A DNA stretch of 64,000 nucleotides, taken from Ginglymostoma cirratum. Lineage: Eukaryota. The stretch is from NCBI GenBank assembly GCA_024137785.1, contig JAHRHZ010000021.1:41752442-41816441 (forward strand). Direction: 5' to 3'. This document shows, in pieces, positions 27,021 to 40,930 of the stretch (the stretch's first letter is position 1; each line of letters begins with the position of its first letter). The position numbers were made by a program, and so were the translations under genes. Under the pieces are notes generated by a model, which worked only from the letters and a program-made list of their open reading frames with translations, did no database searches and had not been told where the DNA came from.

Positions 27021-28559
27021 CTTTTCCGATGCTAACATTGGTCGCTCATTTCCAGCCAGCTACAAAGATTGAGAGGCTAGATGTCGATAGAAATGGCAGT
27101 AGGCCAAAAACTATGTCACAGGATGATAAACAGCCCAAAAATGCATCCCAAGTGCAATAAGTATTACACTATTGCAAATACAACATCCCCCACCCCGGTC
27201 AGCTATATCACATAGCTAATAAAATATCAGCCAACATCAGAAGATTCTTCAAAATCTGTCAAATAAGCTACTTAAGTTGACAAACATCCATTAAATGCTT
27301 GTGTGAAGAGAGACTTGTTTTGATTTATGGATATAATCCTATTTAGATCTGGAATTTAATTTTTACCAAAGGTTTGCCAGCATTTAAGACAAAGGAAGAA
27401 AACGAGAAATTCACTTTAAACTTCACCATTCGAACAGAAACCTGATAAAGAATGAATTTCCTGCTGAATGTAATTTATGGGGAGAAAACGGAGAAGATTC
27501 TACAATGGAGAGTAGATCTCCTCCATCTGGTTGCTCTCGCGGAGCCAACTTGCAATTTACTCTCAGTTTTGTCACATATTCTAGATTTTATTAAACCTTA
27601 AAATATTACAAAGTAATTTTTTTTTTTAAAAGGGCCAAAAAAAAAGCCTTCCTCCTCTAACAGTTAGAAATAGATATGTGGTCTCAGTCTGAAGCTGTTC
27701 TAAACACTTCATGTTAATCTGATCTTTCATTGCACTAAACCTTCCCTAAATCTCCCTGAATAGACTTTTGCAGACATAAAGGCAGCTTGAAAAATTTATG
27801 CTCTACTTGCCTTTCCTAAAAGGGATTATCAAAGACAAGTCCTGGGAAGATTTTTCCGATGCTACTGCAGAATGACAGCTGATGTAATTTGTCAGCAGCT
27901 TTGAGTTTCAGGTGGACCACAGCACATTTAGACCTGCAATTTCTGGACTTAATGCTATGTAAAAAGAGAAGCACTCAGCCAAGTGTTGACTGAATGCAAT
28001 GTTAAACATGGTCTAATCTCTGTCAGAAACTGGTGTCTACAAAAGGTCTAGTCTGTGTACAATAGAAATTGGTACATGATCACAGAAAAGCCTCAGATAG
28101 GTCTGTACCTAGCATGCACAGACAATTCCATCGTATCAATTTCTTGTTTGCTTTGTTACATCTTCAACTTCCTGAAGGAACATGCTTTGAAATTTTGATG
28201 GTGTCTCTCATATGCCTGTAAACATAAATAGTTTCCCTTTAGATAAATCTACTCAGGCATTTTCTCTTGACGGATCAACAGAAGTGAAACTGAATGTGGA
28301 TGTCAGCAGTAATACAAATTGACTGAACAACATTGGTTAGATGAAATGATTCTAATCCTGAGTGAGGTTCTTATTATGTTCTGCCATTAATATATTTAAC
28401 GGCAACATTGAATTAAAATTCGAGCTTCCTTAGAATAACCCCACAGAAGACACAGCAGATGATGGTATTTCTATTAAATAGCACAATTCAGAGGATGACT
28501 GGGTTGGGTACGACAGCTTAGAAACACAAATTTGGGAATATATTGTTCACTGAGGAGGA

Positions 28560-29420
28560 AAATCAAAAGGCGTGGGTCAGATGAAGAGCGAAGACCAGGA
28601 ATGGAATGTCCCAATGGGTGAAATGTGTTTTGTACGTTAAATATAAGTGAATTTCACTCAGAAGATGAGGGACATGATGCATCTTGTCAAACAATATAGG
28701 AAGAGATCCTATGTAATTAATGGCACAATTATAGAGTGAAAGGCCAGAAAGATCTGGTGGTTAGTGGGAGGTCCATAGGCATTTGAAGGTGGCAGTACAT
28801 CTTGAGTGACTTGGAGGCAAAACATATAGAATCTTGGACTTCACAAGTAGAGGTGTGGAGTACAAACGTAGAAAAATTATCCTGAAAATCCGTAAAGTTC
28901 TAGTTCTGCCATAACCGCAGCCTTCTGTCCAGTTCTGGTCACCATATTTCAGGAGAGATATGAAGGTCCTTGAGAAAGCACAGGAAAGATTTGCCAGGAT
29001 GATTCCAAGGTGAATTTAGCGACAAGGTTAGATTGGATTAATGAGGTTTATTCTCCTTGGATTGGAGGGGGGGCCAAGTGGAGGTCAGATATATGTATGG
29101 CAAATTATGACAGGTTTGGATAAGGTAGACAAAGAAATGCTGTTAGCTAATTGTACAAAGGAGTAGGGGACAAAAGTTTAAGATTTTGGGCCAGAAATGC
29201 AGGCAGATTGTGAGGAAGAGTTTTCTTTTTAATTTACACAACCAGTGATGATAACCTGGAAGACTCTGCCTATGCGGTTGGTGGAAATGCTGACAAGCTC
29301 AAAATGAAAATGGACAGACATTTGAACAAAGTAAAGTTAAGTGCTATAATAAAAAGGGGGAAAATGAGACATACTAGTTTGATCTATAGATCTCAATTAA
29401 CCAAATGGCCACATTCCGGT
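28560..29420 (+). mobile_element. Old CR1 LINE RT C-terminal fragment and 3' end
   Basis: gtccagttctggtcaccatatttcaggagagat (VQFWSPYFRRD) and related motifs. Confidence 0.75.
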
Positions 29421-29529
29421 CTGTAGTAAAGTGAATGGTATTGACTTCAAATGGGCCCTCACTCAGCTTCCTAACAGCAGAATTTTTCCTTTATGATTTT
29501 GCCAAATTAAGTAGAAAACGGCAAATAAT

Positions 29530-30720
29530 TTTATTGCTTGTTCATTGGCATTGGAAGTGAATGTTAACGGTGTGATCAGCCCATCCCTAACGGCTTATTA
29601 GATAATGGTGGTGAGTTGCCTTGAAGCTCTGTTTTTCAGTGTGCATATACTCCTGCAATGCTAATGGCTAGGATTACCAGGAGTTTGGTCCAAAATTTTG
29701 AAGGAATGATGATATACTTCCAAGTTGCAATGAGGTATGACTTTGAGGACAACTTGCAGTTAGCAGTATTCGCATTCACCTGCAGAACTTACCCTTTTAG
29801 GTGGCAAAAGTTGTGGGTTTGGAAAGTGTTAGTGGAGGAGCCTTGGGAGCCTGCTGCCACTGTGCATTGGCAGTGGAAGGGTTGAAATTTTAACATAGTT
29901 TATGAGGTGGTCATCAAGTAGGCAGTTTTGTCTTGGATGCTCAAAAGATTCTGAAGCATCACTGGAGCTGTACTCTTGACTTAAACCTTGCAGATGATTT
30001 GTGGAGCCAGGAGAGTTCGTTATTTCAGAATGCCTAACTTCTGACCTGTTCCTGTAGTTATAATATGCATATGAGCTGTTCCAGTTAAGTTTCTGCCCAG
30101 GATGTTGATGGTGGGGAATTCAGTGATGGCAATGATGTTTGCCTGCTAGGGGAAGGATTTTAGATTCACACTGGTTTCAGATGGCCATTGTTTGACACTT
30201 GGTAATTGTCTTTAATTTTATGCATGTGATGGTGGGCATTGATTGGGAATTCACTTATGGTTCTACTAATAGGTAAAGGTAGAAACTGTGGGTGTTCGGT
30301 TAGGTGGTGATGTACTATGTACCTCTGTAAATAAATGTGGAAGTAGAGTATCAAAGCTGCCTCCAATACTATCCTGTATCATTTACATGGTGTGCTGATC
30401 TAGAAGCCCAAGGCTGAATGTTGTCTAGGTCTTGCTTCATGTTGAGACTATTTCATTATCTGAGGAGTTACAAATAGAACTGAACAATGTGCAATCGACA
30501 ATGAATATCTGCATTTCATTAACCACTGTCATCTTCCTGTCTGTTAGCTAGGACTCCAGAAAATGGAGACTTATCCTCTTGATTCTGACTTCAGCTTTGT
30601 GAGAGCTCCTTTGTGTCACTTAAAGGTTGTGTTGATGTCAAGGACAGGCAGCACTGGGGTGACTGAACCATTCTTGGTGATCCTCAAGGTTACGGTTGGT
30701 CCAAGTCAGTTTCTGGTCAA
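29530..30720 (-). mobile_element. Old CR1-Zenon-like LINE fragment
   Basis: Reverse family tail cccatccctaac...ggtggtgagttgccttgaa and reverse RT motifs (gatgtcaaggaca, encoding an LDI motif). Confidence 0.7.
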
Positions 30721-30744
30721 CAATATAAAGAATGTGTCTATAGA

Positions 30745-31270
30745 TCAGAGGCTTGGAATTTTAAGCGTCTTTCAGCTCTGGACTGTTCACCGTTCACAGG
30801 CACAAGTCACAAGCACAATGGAATAGTATCTTCTTGTCTAGATGATCACAGCCCCAGCAACATCAAAAGAAACAAAGCAATCCAGATAAGACTGTCTATT
30901 TAATTGGCATCCCATCCACCTACTCGAACAATGAATCCCTCCACCATCGACGCTTACTGGGAGCAATATGAATTGACAGGATGCATTTACCAAAGCTTCT
31001 TCAACCGCAACTTCTAAATCCACAGTCTCTATCATCTCAAAGGACAAGGGGCAGACAGACAGATGTGAACACACTCCTTCCAGGTTCCTTTCCAATCACT
31101 CATCACCCTGACTTGGAACTATGTGATTGATTCCATCACTGACTTTCACCTACAGCACATGAATTGGAGCAGTTCAAGATGGTGCCTCACCACCAATTTC
31201 TTGAGGCTGATTAGAAATGGACAATAAATACTGCCTTTGCCAGCATTGCCCACATCCTATCAAAGAACAA
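30745..31270 (+). mobile_element. Old CR1-Zenon-like LINE 3' end
   Basis: aaggacaaggggcagac...accctgacttggaact...ggacaataaatactgcctttgccagcattgcccacatcct. Further relics at about 17470-17585 (+) and 46935-47215 (-). Confidence 0.72.
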
Positions 31271-33002
31271 TAGGTAAAGGGCTTTGCACTGTCAACTGGA
31301 CTTGGTGTAGTCGTGTCCAGTGCTTAAGATCATCTGGCAATGCCCGTCAGTTTTTATTCTTACTAGACTTTATGACAGTGATTAAATACAACTGAGCGCT
31401 TGGCTATTTCAGACAGAAGTAAAAGTCAACAACATTATGCGATTCGACACCCACAGGATAATCCAGATTGGGTGACAACAGGTTTCCTATCCTAAGGCAT
31501 ATTTGTGAAATCCGGGGGGCCCTATGGTCAGAAGTACCTAATTCCACAACTACCATGGTGGGATATTAACTCATTTCTTCCAATCATTTATCCAAATCTC
31601 TGTATTCTGAGATTTGCCTCCTCCTTACCGCATGCAATGTTGCCACGAGGAAGACTGTAGTAGGTCATAACATGTAAACGTTAGTGAAGTTCTATTGAGA
31701 ATCTACAATTAAAACAGCATTAACTTTGTTGGAGAGTAGGTTGGGTTTCTGAGATTACAGTCATGACTCAAACTGTATTGGTCATTGTAAACTGTATTAT
31801 CCTCACAATAACACAACCCCAAAAATAGATTCATTTGTCCATTATAGAGGTGTGAGCCCATTCTCCTGTGCGCAGAACCACAAGTGAAATATGAAGTGCA
31901 TATTCTTTTAAAATGGTATCTTCCTGTTCAAAGAGCTTTTATTTATTTTCTCAATTATTCCTCATTTAATCCAAACACATTGGCTGGTGGTAATTGAGTG
32001 GCTAGGCTACTTCATTCACAAAATGGCTTCTTGAATAACGGAACTATTAATTCCTTGAATTTCTAATGCCAGCAGAAAAAGACAGAACATGTGAAATGTA
32101 ATTTGGCTCTGACTCAGTTCGTAAGATTCTGTGCTAATAATGCATCCCGACCTGAAGACAATGTTTTGTGCAGATAGAGCTAATCTGGATGGTGGCAGTA
32201 GTGATAGAACTATCATTGCTCCAAATTAGGTGCGGTTCGTGGATACATTCAGGCTCCTGATCCCCTTTCCCATCCAGCATACTGATGGATACAAATTTAC
32301 ACGTTATCTGATCTCAGAACTAAACTGATACATGATGGCCTCCATGGTAACATGTACACTGCTAACATTTGCTGTCTAGGTTCAATGTAAAGATCATTAA
32401 GAGTGAGGTACTGAAGAACTGCCTAGAACTGGTTAAACATCTTTGAGAAGAGGAGATGATAATTGGGTAAAATAACTAAAAATAAACAGCCATAGCCACC
32501 CTCAGATTGATCTGCCCTTTTCATTCTAGCCCTCATCTTGAATTAATAAAGCTTTGCTTCTTGCAGTCACCTGCAAAGGGATGTGAGAAACTATTTCTAA
32601 TGAATACAAGATGAAAATCTTCAGCGTTCTCTCTTTTGTCCAAACATAATGTTTAAAATCCACGCTACGAAGATGGACCCTTGGTGAATTAATCTCCTTT
32701 ACTATTACAGGTCAAATACGAGTTGAGGAAATCCCCAATAAGAAAAACATTGCTCCAGGCATTTATCAGAATACAGAATCGAAGAGTATTAGTACGTTTA
32801 ATTTATAAATGAACAAGGGATACAATACAACCAAGATTTACCTTTCCATTTGATTACACCAAAAAATCTAGGTACACAGTAATGATCTATTTTTATATCT
32901 ATGCTGCACATCCATCCTCATTTTCTATTTCTAAGAGGACGTAATGAATTATTGCTAAATAAAATTGTTCTTGAAGAGCTGAGAAAATGAATTTCATAAC
33001 AA

Positions 33003-33320
33003 GGGCGGCACGGTGGCTCAGTGGTTAGCACTGCAGCCTCACAGCGCCAGGGACCCGGGTTCGATTCCAACCTCAGGTGACTGTCTGTGTGGAGTTTGCA
33101 CATTCTCCCCGTGTCTGCGTGGGTTTCCTCCGGGTGCTCCGGTTTCCTCCCACAGTCCAAAGATGTGCAGGCTAGGTGGATTGGCCATGCTAAATTGCCC
33201 ATAGTGTTCAGGGGTGTGTGGGTTAGAGGGGGATGGGTCTGGGTGGGATGCTCCTAGGGTTAGTGTGGACTTGTTGGGCCAAAGGGCCTGTTTCCACACT
33301 GTAGGGTTTCTAATTCTAAT
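33003..33320 (+). mobile_element. HE1 SINE (tRNA-derived V-SINE), full length
   Basis: A box tggctcagtgg, B box ggttcgattcc, V core gtggagtttgcacattctccccgtgtctgcgtgggtttcctccgggtgctccggtttcctcccacagtccaaaga, CR1-type tail gggccaaagggcctgtttcc...ttctaattctaat. Confidence 0.92.
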
Positions 33321-33372
33321 GTATTTATGATGCACATTTGATCTTTAACTTCAGCAGCACTTCTGAATTAGA

Positions 33373-33580
33373 GCAACACAGCAGGCCAGGCAGCATCAGA
33401 GGAGCAGGAAATTTGAAGTTTTGGGTCTGGACCCTTCTTCAGAAATGACAAATTTCTTTCTGAAGAAGGATCCCAACCTGAAACGTCAACTTTCCTGCTC
33501 TTCTAATGCTGCCTGGCCTGCTATGTTCCTCCAGCTCCACACTGTTATCTCTGACCCCAGCATCTGCAGTTCTTACTACT
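33373..33580 (+). mobile_element. Palindromic PLE pLTR insertion (head-to-head arms), two hammerhead cores
   Basis: Left arm (about 33375-33445) is the reverse complement of the right arm (about 33456-33527). Plus core 33460-33487; degenerate minus core 33415-33442. 14-bp TSD acttct(g/a)aattaga at 33359-33372 and 33578-33591. Confidence 0.85.
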
Positions 33581-34496
33581 TCTAAATTAGACATTGTTGC
33601 CAAACGGTGGTTGTTTCTCAGGTGAATTGTTGTATCTTCCAAAATGTCAGCAATTACCTCTTGGAGACGGGCACGTCCTTCTTGGAGCCTAGACCAGCAG
33701 ACAGCTGGATCGTGAAAGTCAAATACCATGCCGAACAGGGTTCATGCATTCAGTGCCATCCAGGTCAGCCATTAGCTGAACCTTGGTTCCACAATCATCA
33801 CATGCAGAGCCACTTCCAGCAAACAAAGCATTATTGCTGGATGATTTTCACCTGCCTGCACTCTTCCATTTTTCTTGTCCCTTTCTTCTCGGTCCCCTGT
33901 CCGATCAATCATGGTTAAGATATCCAGTAATGTCTTTTAAAAACCTTTCCCAAAAGGTGGAATTCTTCTTCAATTGTTTTCACTGCATTCTGTTCCAATT
34001 CACTTATGAACCTTTTTTCTCCCCCACTTCCACCACTGACATGCCAGGACACGTATCTGAAGCTATAATGGCATTAGAAAACTGAGCATCAGGATACATT
34101 TCCCACAAAACCCATTCTTACGTGAACTGCTCCAAAGGCAGAGAAATTCACACTTTCTCCTGGACAGAGGCATAATATCAAAGGAGTCACTTACTCACCA
34201 CGAATTTTGTCTAAATCACCAAGATTCAACGGAGAAATAAGCATTACAATTTTAACAAACAGTTCCTCTAGTAACACTAATTTACTTTAGCCATCAGTGA
34301 AGTTTCATAAATATTTCTTTTATAATATTGTGAACCCTTTTTAGACAATCTTTAGCCTTCCAAAGAAACATTCAAATGTTGTTCCGAGTCAACTACAGCT
34401 GGACTGTGTGCAGTTCACATGTCTGAATATTTACATTTTTTGTGGTGATAAACCACTGAAGGCTTATGATGGATTTCAGTGCAAACAGGAACTGAC

Positions 34497-34613
34497 CTTT
34501 GCATGTTTTCCCATCAGGCTGCAGTGTGAATCCAACAGGACAACTGCAGCGGACTCCTGTAGCGGTGTCTTTGCACGTACGATCGCAGCCTCCATTATTC
34601 ACAGCACATGTTT
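34497..34613 (-). CDS. SCUBE1: SCUBE1 internal exon, EGF-like repeat 6 (117 nt, phase 1-1)
   Basis: ttcctctcag|AA ACA TGT GCT...TGC AAA G|gtcagt gives (E)[38 protein letters not shown](D). Lies within ORF 34393..34635. Confidence 0.95.
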
Positions 34614-35509
34614 CTGAGAGGAATAAATTTAACATGGAACACTCTTGTGAGTTTCAGAAATTTCAGGTTATCTTGCAATTTAGAAATACAGGACATTGAC
34701 AGCTCTGTTATTGTTTTACCCTTGAAAGTCACGAATCAGCATAAAAAGAAATGAAGTGATTTTTTATTTGAAAATTAAGAATGAAAATGTTTTGAGTGGC
34801 ATACAATATATTTGGAGTTCTATTTCTTTAAAGTTTGCAGTTTTTTGCCTCTTGAAAATGTAGACTCCGTGAACAGTTCCTTGGGTACCTCACTCAAAGG
34901 GCTATTGGTTACCTTGAAGCCTTGACTGTTGAGCCAGTCCAATCGGATCACCATGCAAATCCCACTCTCAAACCAATCGCAGGAAGGAGCGAGAGATAAT
35001 GACTCAGGTTCAACTCTGGCTCATCCTCCCCACCATAGCCCAGGAACACTGACGTTAGTTGTGGTCCCTGCATGTCTTACAGTCAAAATGAAATACTACA
35101 ATGAAATTAGGGTCTTCTTTTTGCAGCATGGTTCTGCACTAGGTAGTGCTTTTACTAAATGATGGAACTTTCTTTTCTTACTCAAGTAACAATTGAAATT
35201 AAATGCAAAATTATATATTGAATACATTAGGAAATTCCTTAACTGATCTAATGGTAGGATCTTACAAGAATTAATTTAATACCTATCCATGAACAGCTGC
35301 ACTTTTGGAATTGAACAGATATTTTCAATGTCAGTGTTTACGGGGAGTGTAGGGCCCAGCTAAAATATTTGTTATTGATAAAAGCGCAAAAAATAATTAG
35401 TCTATGATGACAATAAAATCTCTGGAAGATGATCCAATTTCCATATCAGTTTTCAAATGAACCAAGATACCACAGAACTTTTGGAAGCATTTTTGTTCAA
35501 AATAATATA

Positions 35510-37620
35510 TAGAATCATTAAAGCAAAAGAGGAAACTATTTGGCCTTTCACATGCGTTAGTGCCCTGACTAGTTCAATTCAGTTTGTGCCATCCTCACCT
35601 TCTCCCTGTTGACCTGTACAAAATTTCTTTTCCGACGATAATTCAATTTCTCCTTGAATGCCCCAACTGGGCACGCTTTACCATACTCTCAGGCAGCACA
35701 TTCCAGTTGTTAACAACTTGCTAAGTGGAAAAAATAACTTTTCCTCATAACTAAACGATTTTTGCCAATTTGAATAACAGTGTTCTCATGCTTAATTGTT
35801 AAATTGGTCCCCCTGTTGTTTCTCTACATACTGTCGGGTTCCTTGCCATTTTGAATACTTCTGTCATATCTTCCCTCAAGCTTCTATTCTCAAAAGGAAA
35901 ACAGTCCCAACTTCTCCACTTTATCTCTTTATGAGAGCCACATTCCAGGAAATTTATCTTGTGAATCTTTGCTATCCCTACTGTGGTCTCTCTAATGCCT
36001 TCACATCTTTCCTAAAAATCCAATGCCAAGAAATGGATGCAATCCTACATTGAAGCCAAACCAGAATTTAACGAGTTCCACATAACCTCCTTGTTCCTCT
36101 AACCTGTGTGCCTATTTACAAAGCCAAAAATACTATACAGTTGTTTAACTGCTCACCCAATTCCTCCTGCCACTTCTACTGATTTATGCATATACATACA
36201 CACCATCTTCAAGTTCACAACACTTCCAGAATTCATAAAATTTGCAGATTTTCTGCCCTGTTCATTAAAGGTCTTAGTGTGTATAAATTCAGGAAGAGCA
36301 AAGGTCTCACCACTGGCACCTGGGAAATCCAGCAGGAACCTTTCCCCGGTCATAAGAAATCCATTAAAACTACTATTTCCTGTCACTCAGTAACAACCCA
36401 ATTAATTCCTATTCCCTTTCTTCCAGGAGCAAGAATTTTGCTCACAAGTTTGTTGCGTGACACTATATCACATACGTTTTCAAACCCATAGACACCACAT
36501 CACCTGCATTACGCTCACCACCCTCTCTGCTATCTCTTCAAAATCAGAACTCCAGCAATTTAATTAAATATTATTTGCCCTTAACAAATCCACGCTGGCG
36601 TTCCATAATTAACCCACATCTTCCCAAGTGCAAATTTTGTCATCGCTTCTTGAAGCCTTCCAGCTAACTGGCCTGTAGTTGTTGAGCTTATCTTTACACT
36701 CTTTCTGGGAACAAGTATGTAGCATCCTGCGATTCTCCTGTCTATTTCAAAAGGGAAAACTGGAAAATGAAAAACAGTGCCTTCAGTATTTCCACCCTCA
36801 CTTCCCTCCAGCATCACTGGATGCATCTTGTGTAGTCCTTGTAACTTATTCACTTCATATTGGATCAACCTACATAATACCTCAATTTTGAATCCTTCAA
36901 GTATCTGAATTATCGGCATGACGGCACAGTGGTTAGCACTGCTGCCTCAGAGCGCCAGGGACCTGGCTTCAATTCCACCCTCGGGCAAACGTCTGTGTGG
37001 AGTTTTGCACATTCTCCCCATGTCTGCATGGGTTTCTTCCAGGTGCTCCGGTTTCCTCCCACAGTCCAAAGACATGCAGGCTAGGTGGATTGGCCATGCT
37101 AAATTTCCCTTAGTGTTCAGGGATGTGTAGATTAGGGGGATGGGTCTGAGTGGGTGCTCCGAGGGTCAGTGTGGACTTGTTGGGCTGAAGGGCCTGTTTC
37201 CACACTGAAGGGATTCTATGATCTTTCTCACCGTGGAAAACACAGCATCTTCTCCCTTGATAAACAGAGATGCAAATTATTCATTTCCTACCTCAGCCAA
37301 GTCTAAATGTCCAGGCATGAATCCCCTTTTAATCACTTCATCTTTTTCCACCCCATTGTTAATTATATGCCCAAGGACAACTTTAGGATTCCCTTTCGCC
37401 TTTGCACCCAATTCCTATTTGCACTCTCCTTTTCCTTCTCTATTTACATTCTCTCTTACCTTTGAACCTTCTACATTCAGCCTGATTCTTAGCTGTAGCA
37501 CCTAGGCAACTTATGAATACCACATACAAGTCTGTAATAAGCACTCCTTTTTCTTTTTTCTTAAAATCGCACTTCCATCATCTAGGAATCTGCAATTTAT
37601 TTGTCTTAACTTTCCACTTC
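35510..37620 (-). mobile_element. Old, long CR1 ORF2 relic interrupted by HE1
   Basis: Reverse RT motifs: gccctttaacaaatc-like (FVKGK), ctggcctgtagtt (NYRP), caatgccaagaaatggatgcaatc (decayed CVQFW). Confidence 0.7.
36914..37222 (+). mobile_element. HE1 SINE, near full length, nested in an old CR1
   Basis: Same head, V core and tail as 33003-33320, but more diverged. Confidence 0.9.
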
Positions 37621-37639
37621 ACGGCATCATAACCTGACT

Positions 37640-39600
37640 GCACCTGAACTTACTATATTTCCTGCCAGCCGCGATTCCGATTTACCTGACTCAACCATTC
37701 TTAACCCACTGAAGTTGCTGGCCATGGCACACGTGCATGGTATCAGAAGACTATACACATGCAGCTTCTGGAGGTTAGTACATATGCAGGTGGAAGGGGT
37801 GCCTGATGGCAGCAGAAACAATCTTCAATAATTGACACAGAGCCTCCGAAAGAGATCAGAAACACAGACAAACATCGCAGTTCAGGGAAATCAATGCTGC
37901 TTCCTGGAGATTTTCTGGCACACTTTTCACTTTGTTGTGGCACACACACACTGGTTGGAAACCATGGCTCTCAACCTTCTCCCACTGACACTTCACCCAG
38001 TCAGTCCACCTCATTCCCAAGAAGTCTGGGGTTGGAAACAATGTTGAAAACCCACCTTAACACTCTAGAAACTCTTGCCTGTCTTTGCATATTCCTATTA
38101 TCAAGGTCCATCTTAAGATAATTAAGAGTTCCCTGTTATAAAACTACCATGGACTTTCTGCACCTAATTTCCATGTAAAATTGTTCCTTTGGGCTGAACC
38201 TTACTCTTTTTTTGGCCAAGTGCCAGGTGTGTCAAGTTTTATTTTGAAGAATTTCCAATGTGCTACTTCCAGCTTAAATCATTACTCAGCCAATATCCCA
38301 GGATTCTCCCACATCCCTTGCACCCATTGTGCTCCCAGACAAACAGCATCAGTCCAGAGGTGCCCCGCATAGTTCCTGACAATGGCCCCAGACATAGTGG
38401 ACAGGGGGAACTGTCTTTCCATCAGGTGTGCGGGGACCTGGAGTTCCTGCACAATGGGGTGGAGCAGGGGCAGGGGCAGGGGCAGGACTTTGTATTTCCC
38501 CCGAGACCAGCACACAAGATCATGCCAGCCTGGTCTGATGTTGCCACCTGGATTACAGCAGTCTTAGTCATCTGGAGGAATGCACAGCAATGTTCAATGA
38601 CGTTCTTCACGAAGTGCCACCATCTTCCCTGCTACCTCTATCTCACTCTACCTCTGCTACCTCACCGACTTCCCACAGAGACTCAGAATACACCCTCACT
38701 GCTACCTGCAACATCTTTTCTCACTCATGGTCATCCATCTCAACCCCTGACCCTGCATGCCCTCTGCGCTGCCGACTCACTCCCTCGGGTCACCTTCCAC
38801 CTGCACAGCAACATTTGTGCCGTGCAATTTCCTTTCCTTTCCTTTAACACACATCTCTGTCATTCCAGGAGGAAAGCTGTGCCTAATAAGGTTGATAAAG
38901 AGTCAAGATGGGTGGTGGGCTGTCTGACATTCAGCTCCGCACCCCTTACATGACAACATCCCAACTCTGATCATCCTCAGTAACTGACTGAGGCCCTGTC
39001 CAAGCTCCCGGGCTGGTATCAGTGGCTACCCTGGACTTACTCTTTCGGGACCACCTCTATGAAGAGGATGTCCCTTGGCTTGACCAAGGTCTGCTGACAA
39101 CCATGAAAAGCTTCTTACCTTTACGTCCTTACTAAATGGCCAAGCAAGTCAGGAGTACAATTTGTCCAGACTGAGGAGGCAAAGTGTAAAAAAGGCGAGG
39201 CAGTACGAGGCAGAAATATTTGGAGCATCCAGGTAGGGTGGAAGTGCACGAGTGCTATGACAGTGAGCTGTAACCTGCTCAAGTCTATGAGCTGGGTGCA
39301 TGTCCCTGAGCACACAGTGTCCTTGCTGCAGCGTTACAGTGACAGCCGCTGGTACGGCACCGAAGTGCAGAAGTGTCCTGCAAGTCCATAGATGTGCCAT
39401 GAAGGTCCTTAGAGGTTCAACATATCCGATGATCTGTGTGCATCTGGCTGGTGAGAGAATGCTGAGAGACATTGGTACCCATTGTCCAACCTGGAAACTT
39501 CTCTGAGCAAGTGGTGAGCTGATTTCATCAGGTCTCAGCTGATTTCCACGTTGATTTTGCTACAGTTTGATCGGCAAATTTGGCACAATAGAAATCTGAA
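37640..39600 (+). mobile_element. PIF/Harbinger-derived element with a Myb/SANT ORF relic (about 38410-38610)
   Basis: ORF 38258..38953 contains DLEFLHNGVEQ...DFVFP...MPAWSDVATWITAVLVIWRNAQQC, followed in another frame by FNDVL. This fits a Myb/SANT trihelix. Element boundaries are uncertain. Confidence 0.6.
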
Positions 39601-40399
39601 TATTAAAATGCGGATATTTGCGCTATCAGCAAGATATTCAACAAGTAACTGTCCTCCTTAATTAGCAACTCGCTGCTGCCTGGTAAAATACTTCGTATGC
39701 CACTTATCCCGATACCTAGATGAGCTTCACAGGACTTCTCATCTGATTCTGCTACAATCTCGCTGTAGCAGAAAGCCCTCAGACCCCAACAAGATTCTAC
39801 CTGTAATTCTTTCCCACTAATTAGCAGCTTATAGTCTCTGACAATAAAATCATTGAAGTTCTCTTGTTCCTTAGCATTAAACAATTAGTTTCTGCTCTCA
39901 ACCTGAAGGTTGGTGGGTTTCCCTTCCTTCCATCTGAATGGCTACCACAGATACACACTACCTTTCAGTCATTTAATGCCCCAACAAGCGCCAATGACTG
40001 GAAATGCCACTCCTCACATGAGATGAGGTACCAGAGATGTTAGGCCACCAGATTAACCAGCAGGTCCCTAGTCTCAGAGTGGCAGATTTAGCCCCAAGAG
40101 TGTTGAGAGATCTTAGGGGATGTGCCCGGGGCCAGAGGTATTAGACAAAGGGCTTAATGAGTAGCAAACGAGAGGAGGGAGCACTCATTGGCTGAGTCAG
40201 GAGGACCAGGGCAGCAGAGGCACTGGGGGAAACACACACTCTTTAGGAAAGGAAAGCTGCCACCCTTGTCTGAACTAGCCTACATGTGATTGTAGAGCTA
40301 TGGTAACTTTTAACCACCCATTGAAATGCCCAAGCAAGCCATTCAGTTCAAGTGTATCAGTGATACAGAACGTTATGAAAGAAAAAGAGTGCTCTGTAA

Positions 40400-40930
40400 T
40401 ATTACCTTCCAGTCCCCACATCCCTGCTAGATTGTTCTGAACACACCCTATTAGCACTAGCTAATACTTCTGAAGGAAATTGCTCCCAGCTCTGTTTAAA
40501 TGCAGCCCATCCATCCTGCGCAGGTCTATTCTCCCTCAGAACCGGTCCCGATATCCCAGGAATCCAAAGCCCTTTCTTGAGCCAGTGTTAGGGCCAGGCA
40601 GTCATCTGCTCTCTCCTCCTTACTTTCACTTGTGCATGCTACTGGTGGCAATCCAGAGATTGTGTCTTTTGAGGCCCAGGTGACGAGTTTGCTAGCCAGC
40701 TCACAAATTCTGACTGCCTGCCCACGCCTCTTTCTGCCAACGTTCTTGGTACAAATGTAGACTTTGACTGCTGGGTGTTCACCCTCCCTTCTCAAGTTGC
40801 TCTGCAGCCAGTGACACCCCTGGTTCTGGCAGTAGGATCTCAACACACTCTCTTGGTTCACATTTGCAGACACAGAAATGCATGTCTATTCCCCTAACAA
40901 TTGAACCTCCTCTCACTGTTTCTATTCCTT
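40400..40930 (-). mobile_element. CR1 ORF1 (SGNH esterase) relic
   Basis: Minus translation GFGFLGYRDRF*GRIDLRRMDGLHLN at about 40495-40572 fits the CR1 ORF1 esterase DGLHL motif. Confidence 0.75.

Noticed and set aside
33003-33075. tRNA gene
   Set aside because: The A/B boxes run directly into the V-SINE core and a LINE tail, so this is an HE1 head. The same reasoning applies to 36914; 24897 also lacks acceptor-stem closure.
38258-38953. Longest ORF (231 aa) as a novel gene
   Set aside because: Only a Myb/SANT relic in the middle is meaningful, and it frameshifts. The rest is low-complexity TE sequence.
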